DNA of 64,000 nt from Rhizodiscina lignyota (GCA_010015805.1 ML978126.1:1054001-1118000); one strand, 5' to 3'; shown: positions 23,653-35,455, counted from the first letter of the stretch. Numbers and translations are program-made. The notes: generated from the sequence alone by a model not told the origin.

Positions 23653-25356
23653 ATGTATGTCACAGCTGCTGTAATCAGCGCGATCGCAGCCATAGCGGCC
23701 TTTTTCGCACGAGGCTCTGATTCAAGCCCACGCGTCAGCATCTCCAATGGTACCGTTATCGGGACGAGCTCAGACGGTGTTGATACTTTCCTGGGGATTC
23801 CCTACGCGCAGCCTCCCACAGATTCCCTTCGCTTGAAACGACCTCAGGCACTGTCACACACATTTGGAACCATCCAAGCCACGTCCATTCCCAGAGCATG
23901 TCCGCCGCTGAAGGTTAGGGCCGACCCTCAGATGCTGTCGCAGATCCCGCCAGAGATCGCAGGTCATCTCGCCACCTACTTCCAGGAGCCCACGTTTATT
24001 GGCGAAGATTGCTTGACGCTTAACGTCCAGAGACCCGCCTCTGTTACGCCCAATTCCAAGTTGCCAGTGCTCGTTTGGATATACGGCGGTGGCTTTGAGC
24101 AAGGATCTACCCAGCAGTACGACTTTGCTCGTCTCGTCAATACGTCTATTGCGCTCGAGCACCCCATAATCGTCGTACAGATGAACTGGCGGGTATCCGC
24201 TTTCGGCTTCCTGGGAGGGAAAGAGCTCCAGCAGGACGGCAGTACAAATCTCGGCCTACGTGACCAGCGCTTCGCTCTGCAATGGATCGCCGAAAATATT
24301 GAGGCCTTTGGTGGGGATCCGTCCAGAGTCTCTATCTGGGGCGAATCTGGAGGCAGTATGTCCGTCTTCGACCATACTATGATCAACGGTGGCGATCACA
24401 CGTATAATGGGAAACCACTATTCCGCGGTGCCATCCTGAACTCAGGAGCTGTTGGGCCTGCGCTTCCCGTGGATGCTGCGGTGGCTCAAAAGACATACGA
24501 TACCATCGTCGATACAGCCGGCTGCTCCTCGTCGACAGATACGCTCGCTTGTCTCCGAGACCTGCCGTACGAGGCCTTCCTGAATGCGTCAAATGTGACC
24601 CCAAATATGTTCAACCAGGACGGCGTGGCCGTTGCCTTTACGCCGCGACCAGATCCATCCGACAATTTTTTCCCAGTCTCTCCGGATGAGGTCTTGGTAT
24701 CTAGCCCGCCGAAGGTGGCCCCCGTGCCCATACTTGCTGGCACGATGGAGGATGAAGGCACCTTATTTGCCCTGGCGCTATACAGGGCCCCCACAAAGGA
24801 TGCGTTGATCGACATCATCCACGGCATTGCTCCGACCTGCCCCCGATCCACGTTCGAGCGTCTCTTCTCCTTCTATCCTGACGAACCAAGTCATGGCTCG
24901 CCCTTTGGCACAGGCGAGGCCAACGAGCTCTACCCTGGCTACAAGCGCAATGCAGCCATCGCTGGGGACCTCTGCTTCGCGTTCCAGCACCGTTTGCTCC
25001 TCGAGGCGGTCTCGGACATTATCCCCACGTGGAGCTACCTCTCCACGTACGGGAGGCAGACCCCATTGATAGGCACGTTCCATGGCGCTGACGTTGCGCT
25101 GCTGGCCACCGGTTTCATAGACCCATTGTACCGGGCCATGGTACAATACATCGTCAGCTTCGTGCACCATCTCGATCCCAACGTCATCAGCAAGATGGAT
25201 GGCGGCGCAAGAGGCCTCCCCGAATGGCCAAGGTACGGAAAGAAGAATAAAGATATGATGCAGTTCACGGACCAGGGGCTGCAAATTGGGAAGGATGATT
25301 TCCGGCAGGAGGCCTTCAACTATTTTTCTTCCCAAATTTCTCAAATGAGATGGTGA
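23653..25356 (+). CDS. Secreted type-B carboxylesterase/fungal lipase
   Basis: Hydrophobic N-terminus, FLGIPYAQPP, EDCLTLNV, WIYGGGF and NLGLRDQ. Nucleophile WGESGG, acid residue in EDEGTLF, His in GTFHGAD. Confidence 0.93.
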   Translation: MYVTAAVISAIAAIAAFFARGSDSSPRVSISNGTVIGTSSDGVDTFLGIPYAQPPTDSLRLKRPQALSHTFGTIQATSIPRACPPLKVRADPQMLSQIPPEIAGHLATYFQEPTFIGEDCLTLNVQRPASVTPNSKLPVLVWIYGGGFEQGSTQQYDFARLVNTSIALEHPIIVVQMNWRVSAFGFLGGKELQQDGSTNLGLRDQRFALQWIAENIEAFGGDPSRVSIWGESGGSMSVFDHTMINGGDHTYNGKPLFRGAILNSGAVGPALPVDAAVAQKTYDTIVDTAGCSSSTDTLACLRDLPYEAFLNASNVTPNMFNQDGVAVAFTPRPDPSDNFFPVSPDEVLVSSPPKVAPVPILAGTMEDEGTLFALALYRAPTKDALIDIIHGIAPTCPRSTFERLFSFYPDEPSHGSPFGTGEANELYPGYKRNAAIAGDLCFAFQHRLLLEAVSDIIPTWSYLSTYGRQTPLIGTFHGADVALLATGFIDPLYRAMVQYIVSFVHHLDPNVISKMDGGARGLPEWPRYGKKNKDMMQFTDQGLQIGKDDFRQEAFNYFSSQISQMRW

Positions 25357-25719
25357 TGTCGGCGGATACGTTGAAATAGAGTCTTGGCTAATCAGCCAAT
25401 GATGATAACTGCGACACGGAAGGTCTTGAAGGTACCAATCGAGGCAGCCAGGAGAAAAGGTGTCCACGCATTAGGGTACACGCGAAGGAGATAAACTAGG
25501 GCCACATTGTTCGCGTAGCCATGGCCGGGATGGAACAAATCGAATTTATCGTTTGGAGAGTGATAGCCGTGGTTTTAAAGTTATCGTTTGAAGTCGGTTT
25601 AAGGCATGGCCGTAGATGCCTTTTTTTATTTAACGTGCAATGGTGCCTGGTGAAAGGAGCGGCGATGGGAAGTTGTTTGAAAGTTTCCGACGAACGGAAT
25701 AATAGTCGAAGGTGTTATA

Positions 25720-26560
25720 TATAATAGCTCTGACCCGGACGGTCAGAGTGGCTCAGCCAGGGGCCACGGGTCAGGCTCCTTATTGCTCATTCGTCTCTTC
25801 CGAAGCTTGCGATCTATACGGGCCCTTTCGAGACTAGTATGTCACAGAAATCCAAGTTAGCTAAGGGTAAGCTTAGCCACGTCTCAGGGGAATCCTAATC
25901 CTAACCTTCTTTAAGGTCAAGGCGTTAATAGAGTATAGATCCTAAGGTAAAAAATAACTAAGTAAGAAATTAAGAATACGTCTAACTAAATTTAGTCTTT
26001 AAAGCTATATAACGACTTCCGTCGTTTTCAGCGCCATACCGCCCTTTTTATAGGCATTGTCTCCGGTGGTAAGACTATATAGTGCAGAAAGTGTCGACCC
26101 AAGTGTATCTAAGGCCTCGTTGACGAGCTATTTCACAAGTGTGCTTGATTTTGGCGAATCCACGCTTCGATTTTGCTTTGTGGAGATTGTGAAAATCGTG
26201 GAAATCAACTCCTTCATCTCCTCAGGTGTGTAACAATACGGAGTAGGACTGGACCCTCTCTCGGGATTGACAACGAACTCTAGCTCGAAGCTGGTTGTAT
26301 TGATGAGCCACACCGAATTTGGGCGTTTTCTCAAGCGCTAATGTAGGTCCCTTCGTATAACGGACAAGAACAGGTAAGAGGGTACATCTTGATGGTAGAG
26401 TACGCGCTCTTACGAAGGTTGAAAGATCTTTAGGATAGACAGAGATCCAACGACGCGCCCGTCGTTGGCGCTAAGCTTAATATCGCATCCGGTAATATAT
26501 CCATCTGTTTTTAAAAATAGAACTTGAAAATTCTACTTTGGAGTTTACGAAGTACGGTGC
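25720..26560 (-). pseudogene. Possible RIP-degraded coding relic
   Basis: TpA-rich segment. One minus-strand frame reads about 175 codons (26520 to ~25990) broken by only three TAG/TAA stops, then degrades further. No family recognised. Confidence 0.3.
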
Positions 26561-27031
26561 TTACCTTCGCATAGAGAGAGAGTTTGCATTCGCCCTTTTG
26601 GGCCATTGCTGGCCCACGTGGGGATATTCGCATGGTCTTGCATTATTCTGAATGTAAGGATACCGTACCTTTCGGCTCAACTGGAAGTACGCTAAAAATG
26701 GCTGCTAACCATCTCAAGTAGAGAAGTGGGATTTTTCAACTGCTTTCTTGAAAAGCGCAAGCATCTGTGCGCATCTATTGGTCAGCTGAAAGGCCGTGCA
26801 TTTTTTAGCGTACTTCCAAATTACGTATCCTTGCCTTTGTTGGGGGAGCCGATATCAACGCCGAAGAAGTATTGTAGACGCCACTCGGCGACTTTGAAAC
26901 ATCAACCACCTGTCCTCAAAGGAGCACTACATGTGCTTTTCCTCCTGTTATGCAGCTGTAAGACTTGTCAGAAGATTTTCTTTCGTGTGCAAGCTATCCC
27001 CCTGGACGTCTGGACACTTGATACCTTCATT

Positions 27032-28281
27032 ATGACCGACACGAAGAGGGGGTTCAATCTTTACCCCCGCTACATTTTGTCTCTATTTATCTCGACCATT
27101 GAAACTTCCTGGGAATGGTGCAGAAACTTCAAATCCAGAATTCGTCACAAGAAACCTCGCTACGGTGACATTACACCACCTCCACCGCTCCCAAAAACCC
27201 GTCGACGGGCACTTTCAGATCTGGAAGGTAACCGGACTGCACAGCAACAAAAGTCTCGCTTCTTCAGACTGCTGCCAACAGAAGTTCGTTTGCAAGTGTA
27301 TGATTATGTGTTCAACTCCGATAGTCAGGTCCACATCCTTGTGATGAACGGCAAGCTCGGACACGAAAGGTGCAGGATGGTTCAGTCTGAGGAACACATT
27401 AACAGCATTTTTCGGGCTCCGTTCGTGCATCGTTGTTGGGGCCGTGTCTTCCCGGACGGGACAACGCTGGAACGTTGGCCAGCTGGACCACCTGCAATGA
27501 ACCATCGCCCTATATACCCAAAAGTTGATTTCTCTGGGAAACGACCAAGAGCCCCAAAAGAAGGATTTCTGGCGCTGCCGCTGACTTGCAGGCTGAGGTG
27601 AGTTAAATCATAGCGTGGATGACATTCTCCTCCGCAAGCTTTCTTTTGTATCTTATAGTTTCAACAATCTCGCCCAAGCTCGAGGCTTTGCCTACTGACC
27701 ATCCAATCCCTAGTTACTCTGAAACAATCTCCCTCATCTACTCAACTATTTGCTTTAACATCCGCCAAGCTATCACGCTTCAGTATCTCTCTCGCACTAT
27801 CCAGCCGTGCCGCTTCGCACAGATTCGCAAATTGCAGCTTGACATCCCGACTCGCTCTTCTTCGCGCTCCGCGATCACAGCTACTGGCTATTTCCCATCT
27901 GAAGACTATCCGCCGCCAAAATACGGTGATATTTACCCCCCTGATGACCCTCATGAATGGCACACTACGTGTGCTCTGTTGACCGCAATGCCAAACCTGC
28001 AGGATCTTACCGTATCGCTCTACTGGGATGGACGCAACTTCCCCACAATCCAGGCCGTGGCTTTCTATCTACAACCTCTTACCGCAATACACCATGTTGG
28101 GTCTTTTACGGTGTCTATGTCGGTGATCTCGATATGGAACCCGGAAATGGTAGAGAGTTGGGCTATGGAATTGAAGATGATGACGGATGAGCTTATGGTA
28201 CAGCTAGAGCAAGAGATGAATAGACCCACACCATTTAAAGTTCAAGTGCACCACTCGCAGCATTGGGCTCGATACATTTGA
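27032..28281 (+). CDS. Fungal hypothetical protein, DUF7730/F-box-like
   Basis: Signature QQKSRFFRLLPTEVRLQVYDYVF ... LALPLTCR/YSETISLIYS ... IRKLQL. Intron 27598-27713 joins two ORF-track entries in frame. Confidence 0.75.
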
Positions 28282-28516
28282 TAGCAGCTTTGATCTAACC
28301 GCTAGACGACATGCGCATACATATGTGCAGGACTTCAGTTTGGTCCATAACGATAGATCATGAATGTATATTTGGTTTCGCACCTCATGAATCTCCTGCA
28401 CTGATCTATCTCGCATCTAAAGTGACTGCTACATGCAAAGGTTGACAAGAGTTGGTCCGCAATAATGGCAGCCAGATGTCGAGACTATGCCCAATTCCCG
28501 CAGCGCCCAGTCATCA

Positions 28517-29871
28517 TCAAACACTACACAGTGTGCTATTGATTTCGCTTCTTGGAGCCCTTCCTCGCAACATCCGCTGGCCAGGTAATGGCGGATAGAA
28601 GCTCCCATCGTCACGGACAAACATTCTGTCCTTGCCTAATACCATGCCGTCCATCAAACCAATCGCTTGCAGATGTCAGCATGGCGACTTAAACTACGCT
28701 GGTTGTACATACCATGTGCGTAAAACATGATAGAATCTAGCTGCCCAGTTAGCGGTAGAACAAGAATGGAGAACTATGAGAGCCTCCTACCGGCGTTGTG
28801 CTGAGGAATATCATCTTCGGCGCTCTTCCTTTCATTTGCTAGCGTTCTGCATCTGTCCCAGCCGTATTTATGATCAATGACGGCTCCTCCCCACACCCTG
28901 TTTGTGTGGGTCAGCTCGTGCAGGATGATGGTGGGAAAGTCTGTCTCGGCGCTTTCATTGATCGGAATTTCATCATCGCGACGACGCATCCATTCGCCTA
29001 GTCTTTTGTAGAACGGCATCGGGCCTGCAAGACCTTCCCTTCTCAATGTGTCTTCCCAATAACCAGGGCAGAACGTCACCTGGGTCGCCTTCTTCGGGAG
29101 TCGGACTTTCTTGATCTCTCCATTTGGCATGAGTACATCTTCTTCTTCTCCACGGGGAATCCAAGTGAAGGCCTGGTCGCCCACATTGCAACCTTTATTG
29201 ATCCAGTCAGTCCATTTGCGATGTTTAATCGAAAGCTCTGTGTCTAGACGTTGGAAGTAGCCCATCAGCAGGTAATCATGCCAAGGTATCTATGAGTAGC
29301 TGCCGAGTGCGTACCTTTATCAAACTGGTTGCCATCAACGCGTCTCTTGAAGCGCGTCAAGTCACCACAATAGAATCGCTCATTGGTCTCGTTAGCTTTA
29401 TCAGTTGTTAACCGGATTCAAAGTTCAGGTTGTCCTACCACGTCTTGGACATCATCAGGGTCGTGAATGTTATTCATTGGATTGTACGGTCCCAAGGTCT
29501 TGATGGATTCCAGTGCAGCTGCGATTCTCGGGCTTAGCTTTTGGGGTCCGTGGGTTGACGAGACACTTACTTTTCAGTGTGGTCCAGCCTGAATGTGGAA
29601 ACTTCTCGCCAACGAAGAGATTGCCAAAAAGCTGTTTTTGCTGATCTGACCAGCCTTGCTCGCTATCCCCTAGGGACTCAAAGCTAGCTGCAGCTAACTG
29701 AGTTGTCATGTGGATGGCGTCTATCACAAGCTTCTCTACATCCACTGATATCTCTCCCTTGATTTTTTTTTTACAAGAATCGTGCAACCAATAGGCATAA
29801 CTAGGTGATGAGAATAACCCCAACCAAATGAATACTGAAGAGGCGTGAAGAATGCAGAGATACAGCAGCAT
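28517..29871 (-). CDS. Secreted zinc metalloprotease, aspzincin (M35/Lys-specific)-like, multi-exon
   Basis: Signal peptide MLLYLCILHASSVFIWLGLFSSPSYA, VTFCP, zinc motif IILHELTH, DHKYGWDRC, and spliced HNA/DSIMFYA (NAD motif). Confidence 0.75.
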
Positions 29872-31465
29872 TTTTAAGATAACTGTTAAAGAAACATTCA
29901 ATCACTGACCGCAAAGAAACCGATTGCATTTCGGATATAAATATAAACCTTGTGATCGAGACGCACGTGCCGCAATGGCCTCAAAACTTGCCGATGCATT
30001 GTGTAAGCTTTGTCATTATCTCATACGACTTCGTTCAAGCGTCAATAAGCGTTGCAACCTAACAGGATGGCGATGTATAAGTCCAATCTCTGCCAAATTG
30101 CAACCCGAAGAGGCCAGTTTGAGTGGCACGACTATTCCTGGAGAAGGGTGCGCCCCGATTTATTGAAGCTCCGCCTCGCCCATGCTCTTGCTTCGCAGTG
30201 CCATTGGTTGAGCCCGTCTGATTCGGGCACAGCAGATCCCGCGAATTGCTCCTGCAGGACGAGAAGGCCTGTCTTGAGAGGATTAAAAAATGGTTTGGGG
30301 CAGACTTGGGTAATACGACATCAAAGACGAGAACCCACCGACGCGGAAACATGGAGTAGAATCTCAGAAGCCCCGTAATTGAAACTATCCAATTGACACT
30401 GCCAAGTGGCAGGAAAGCATCAAGACGGTGGCCAAAAGGGAACCTGCGGCTCGTCTAGCATCCATGTCGATGGATGCGTGAACACAGCGCACGATTGAAG
30501 GGACGCCGAGAAATCTGGGCTAGCTCACGGCCGTCATCGGCGTTATGCACTCATTATGGAGTCTAATTGGCACAGTAATCTTTCTGGTACCGGGCGTGGT
30601 GGTGCGTACGTAGGTAGATATTGTGAAGTGAGGATGCGAAAGTGTTCCAGGAGTTCACCTTTTCACTCATCAAATGACAAAACGCTATGACAAATATGGA
30701 ATAGCGCGAAGACGACCCCTGAAGCTAATCCCGTCGAACTTCGCCAGACTGATTCTCTCACCAAGGGCATGTAACTGAGCTTCATTCCCATCATCGCGCT
30801 TTCATAGTATAGCAAGTATACGAACTTCATCCCGTCCCTGTCTGCGTACGCCATTCTCAAGGGGCCGCCCGCATTTTGCGCCGCAATCCGTGCCCCTGAC
30901 ACGCGAACCATGATGTCCGGAATCTACATCGGCGAATTCAAGTGGCCACCATTGTCTCATGGTGTGTTGTCCACGCTGGGTCCTTTGCCTGGTGATAGCA
31001 GAACAACGTCTTATCTTTTTGAAGTGTGCGAGTTCTACTGCTCGAGATAGGCTGTGCCACTGGAAATCTTTTTCGCACGCTTCGCTGACCCCAAGGCTCA
31101 CTATTAGTCAGATACTACTTCTCATGGCCGAGCCATCTATACATTAGGTGCTTTTGAATCGTGAGTACCAATGAGTGCCGCACAGCTGCATTAGAGCTCT
31201 GCAATGATTCCGATCAGATTGCCGCAAACGGTTGGATCGTCGTTGCCAAACTCTTTGGCCAGGTGGCCTTCGGCGAGATTGCTACGAGCACTGCCAATTC
31301 CATTTTTGCTCCAAAGGGTTCTTGACATTTGAGGCTGCTCTGTGTTTTGATAAACGTTCAAGTTACACGTCCCTCCGCACATACCATTGTTCGCTGCTAG
31401 AGTCTACAACGAACAACGGGCTTGGGCTTTCAATCTCCAAAGTTATTGTATTCTTGAGCATTATA

Positions 31466-33425
31466 ATGGCTCTACAAGAATTACTGAATTTGCTGCTTTC
31501 ATTTAGTCTTTTTCTCGATGGTGTGTCTGCTTCGGGACCATCACCTCGAGCGATCCAGCAGTCCACTTCCACTTTTGTATTTGCTGATCCTACGGTGTAT
31601 CTGCAGAACACAGTACGTTTCGAGATGCGGAAGATGTGTAGTAGCTAACTGGCGATCACCAGCCAAAATCAGCTCCCACCGATACTCCTGATCTGAAGAT
31701 TAATGATATGAATAGAGATGGTTCTCTCGACATTTTTGTTGGCTCAGCGCTCAGCAACAGACTAAAAGAGGCTAGCATCTACTGCGAACAACTGAACGAA
31801 TCATTGTGTTTGGAATCGGTTCTGGAAGCTGTCGATCCCGATACCCTTGACTTGGAGGTTCGTAGTTTGGTGCCCACGATCGGTCTCAGTACGCCCAAGG
31901 TCTCCCCGACTTCACCTGCGGCAAGCTTTTTTGTAGCAATTGTCGCCTTTTTTGCTTATCTTTGGCGGGCTGCATCCAAGGGCCACACCGACCCTCGTCT
32001 CGGGAATGCAGGCTATGTGCACCTAAAAGCATCGGACGTTTCGAAAATCCATGCCTGGCCAGCTACAGGAACCATAGCTTTTGCCACTGCTACCAAAGAT
32101 GCCTTCGCTATCAAGGTTTCTATGCCACCGGTACAACCCACAGCAACTCCAACAAACTGCGACAATCGCGCGGACTGCCCAAAAGACGAGAACAGGATAG
32201 ACTGCGACCAGTGCGACGGGTTCAATACGACTTGTAGACAGGTGAGGTCCACTGCACTCCTGCCATACTTCAGAGTTACTGAAGTCGCATGTTTAGGGGA
32301 AATGCAAGGGTTGCCCATGTACCTGGATATCCGACGCTATAAGAACTGAATATAACAAAACAGCCCTTGACAATGCTTATTTTTTGATGGCTCACTATTT
32401 GAGAGGTGATTTCGATCCTTCTGCAAAGACGGTTTGCCAGGGTGATCAGAAACTCAGTTTATCGAGGCAGCTATGGAACAAGTAAGAGTTCTGCACTCAG
32501 TGCTTATCAAAATCTTAACTCACATCACTTGGTAGTCTCACATCCGCTTTCTGTAACAAGCGGTCTCTGCAACACTCGTTTTCCCAGACATTATCGAGCA
32601 ACGATGTGAAAAATAAGAACTCGGACTGGAGCAAGTGGGACGATTGGAAATTTGTATTTCAGTGGAAATCTAGCGGTGCTGAATGCGGCGAATTGACTTG
32701 TCAAGACGTTTTCGCAGAATTTTTGATCGATAAAGACTGTAAGTCTCTAGGCTGCTACATTCTGGGCTCCGCGCCGGAACTGAAATGTATAGGCACCCCA
32801 GGCGAGAATATTCTCAATATTGGTGGCGAACGTGATACTTGGTGTGGCCAGTGAGTTATTCCCATGTATATTCACTCTCCGGTACCTGCTGACGGAAATA
32901 ATAAGGGGAGGCTTTCATATTTCCAGTCCAACAAAGTCCACGGCCCGTCCGACAAAGACGCATAGTACTGCGACAATGAGCCAGAAGAGCTGCAATCCTC
33001 CGGCTCCTACCTATACCAGTTGTACACAACCCATACCCACCGGAGACATTGGTCAGGCCGCACAATCATTTTGCGACGCTACCAATAACAGCACCATCAA
33101 TAAGATAATAATTACGAACCCTAGTGGCGAGAAGCCGAAGGCTGCGAATTATAAAGATTTCTTACATGATGGCTACGATTTCAGGTATCTGATGACTATG
33201 AGCTGGACAGCAAAGTGCACAAATACGGACATACAAGAATTCAGCGTGGATGACTGTACGCGCAAACTGCAGTCGGTTTGGTCGGACTGTTATAGTAAGT
33301 GTGCATCACTCATTACGCGCAGTCCTGACTGTGGTTACATAGGCGTCAACAAGGGAACGGGCGGACAAGAGATTGATGGCTGCGTAGCAATATCATTTAA
33401 ACCGATGAGTTGCGCCAAATCTTGA
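31466..33425 (+). CDS. Secreted cysteine-rich protein of unknown function (about 7 exons)
   Basis: Signal peptide MALQELLNLLLSFSLFLDGVSA. Exons join in frame through GT-AG introns. Cys cluster CDNRADC..CDQCDG..C/GKCKGCPC and two C-terminal FC..W..C..C..DC..GG..C units. Confidence 0.7.
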
Positions 33426-34468
33426 CGTATGCATTAGCTTCCTGGCAAGCTGTGCGAAACAACAACATGTCGTGTTACATGCGAATTTCCAAATATTTTG
33501 TTAATGCTCACCTCTTCGTGGTCCAACGGTCCGAGAAAGTTTTTGGGCGTTGACGGCGCAATGGTTTATTTGTGTCTCTTCTCTCCAGCTTGCTCAGCCA
33601 ACTTTGACAGTCGTAACAGCAGTGATTTAGCAGTTAGTTAAAGAAAATGAATAGTATTATATCTCCTCCATTGGTGAGACTGAGCCTAGTAATCTTTATT
33701 GCCATGTGTTTAAAACCGAGCCGATTCTACCAGCCCAGGGAATAAATGTGGTAACACTCTTTTCCTTTTCTTACACTTCCTCACCAGACGCCATGACTTG
33801 CACTCTTCAATCTCAACTCCTTGTTTGGTTTAGCTATTCTACAAGCTCAATTCACAGCAGTAATATCCGTAGCACGCTATATAGACTCGACCTTTGTGCA
33901 GTACTTTCTCCGAAGCAACTCCGTGACAGCCGGGCTACAATAATGCATAGAAGAATTATGGAAGCCAAGATCTTCAAGAGCCCGGAGGGAGAACATGTAC
34001 TGGTAGATCAATCTCTATCCGAGCGCAGCCCGCCTAACTTGCACCCGACTTGTCTGGCGGTTTCTCGGATACTTTACATCATTACTCCGAAAATACTTCC
34101 GCTTTAGATCTGGTCTCACACCAACCGGAATCTCCGGTTCCTTTACCCTTTTAAGTAAATGACCCAGTCCCTCCCCAAATCTTGGTAAGCTCCATCTGCA
34201 GGCCTGGAAACACTGCGTGATGTATATGCTATCATACTGCATTGCTCGGAGCCACGAGTTTAACCATAACTGCTTCGGGAATGATGCATGCCCCGCGGTT
34301 GCTAATGCATTTAAATCAAGTACAATCCCCCTGGTGGATTCACTTTGTTGCAAGTTACTATTTCTGTATATTCACAAAGGATAAGCTTCTCTGTACATCA
34401 GTCCTTCCAATACAGAGACTTCTACTCTTTTGACGCTTTGATCCTGCTCGCAAGCTCTAATATTCAGG

Positions 34469-35455
34469 ATGGCTGCTCCAATGCTTTACTTCCTTGACAT
34501 CGGTTGGGCGGCCGACCCCAAGATCATCATACCGCATGGCCGCATCCTCAAAGGCACGGCCGATCAAGCACCTCTCGTGACTCTTGTGGGTGGTGAAGAT
34601 GCCCCGGACGGTATCGACGTCTGCCACGCTAACCAACGCCTCTACTGGACTTGTATGGGGATTCCCGACCAAAACGACGGCGCCGTGCGGTCATGTAGAC
34701 TCGATGGCACAGACATTCAATACGTAGTACCTCGCGGCGCTGTTCACACACCCAAGCAGATATTTATTAATGAGAGCGGACCGAAACCAATGCTGTATTT
34801 CTGTGATCGCGAGGGCATGCGTGTGTGGCGCTGCTACGTCGACGGAGACAACTTGGAGATTCTCTACCAGGCAGGCGACCAGAGCAATCCCGCGGACGTA
34901 ATGGACAAGCGACACCACTGCGTTGGTGTTGGTGTCGCACCAAAGCAGGGTAAGGTCTATTTTACGCTCAAAGGTCCCAGCAAAGGCAAGCTCGGCCGGT
35001 TGATGAGGATCAGCATGACCATGCCGGAAGGCTGCACACCTACAACTAGGTCTGATGTCGAATGCATCTTTGACCATCTACCCGAACCGATCGACATCGA
35101 TATTGATGAGGCCGGCGGTTGGCTTTATTGGAGTGACCGAGGCGAGCTTCCACTGGGCAACAGCGTGAACCGCATTCGGCTATCCAAGATCGACGAGCTG
35201 TTGGCGTCTGGCATGGAACCCTCTCGCAGAGCTGGCCCGGGTGTTTACCAGATCCTAGCGCGGAATCTTCACGAGGCTGTGGGAGTTAAGCTCGATGTTG
35301 TGGATAGACATGTTTATACGACGGACTTGGGTGGTGCTGTATATCGCTTTGATATCGACCATGGCGAGCATGAGGAGAAGACGGGTACCTGCCGCATTTA
35401 TGATCGCCAGGGAGATGGGGCTTTCACTGGAATTGCTCTTTGGCGCCCGTCATGA
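34469..35455 (+). CDS. YWTD/LDL-receptor-type beta-propeller protein
   Basis: Repeated blades PDGIDV..RLYWTCMG, TPKQI..LYFCDREGMRV, LPEPIDIDID..LYWSDRGE and YTTDLGG. Intronless 328 aa. Confidence 0.85.
   Translation: MAAPMLYFLDIGWAADPKIIIPHGRILKGTADQAPLVTLVGGEDAPDGIDVCHANQRLYWTCMGIPDQNDGAVRSCRLDGTDIQYVVPRGAVHTPKQIFINESGPKPMLYFCDREGMRVWRCYVDGDNLEILYQAGDQSNPADVMDKRHHCVGVGVAPKQGKVYFTLKGPSKGKLGRLMRISMTMPEGCTPTTRSDVECIFDHLPEPIDIDIDEAGGWLYWSDRGELPLGNSVNRIRLSKIDELLASGMEPSRRAGPGVYQILARNLHEAVGVKLDVVDRHVYTTDLGGAVYRFDIDHGEHEEKTGTCRIYDRQGDGAFTGIALWRPS

Noticed and set aside
1..25356. Assigning the cluster to pseurotin, fusarin, pyrrocidine or lovastatin
   Set aside because: Individual genes resemble members of those pathways, but the visible gene set (extra A-T-C NRPS, no P450, cyclase or second PKS) matches none as I recall them. 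The left part of the cluster is also missing.
24778..25467. 229-aa minus-strand ORF
   Set aside because: Antisense to the carboxylesterase and expected from GC-rich codon usage.
30000..31400. Several short ORFs between the protease and the Cys-rich gene
   Set aside because: No coherent gene model or motifs. Treated as intergenic.
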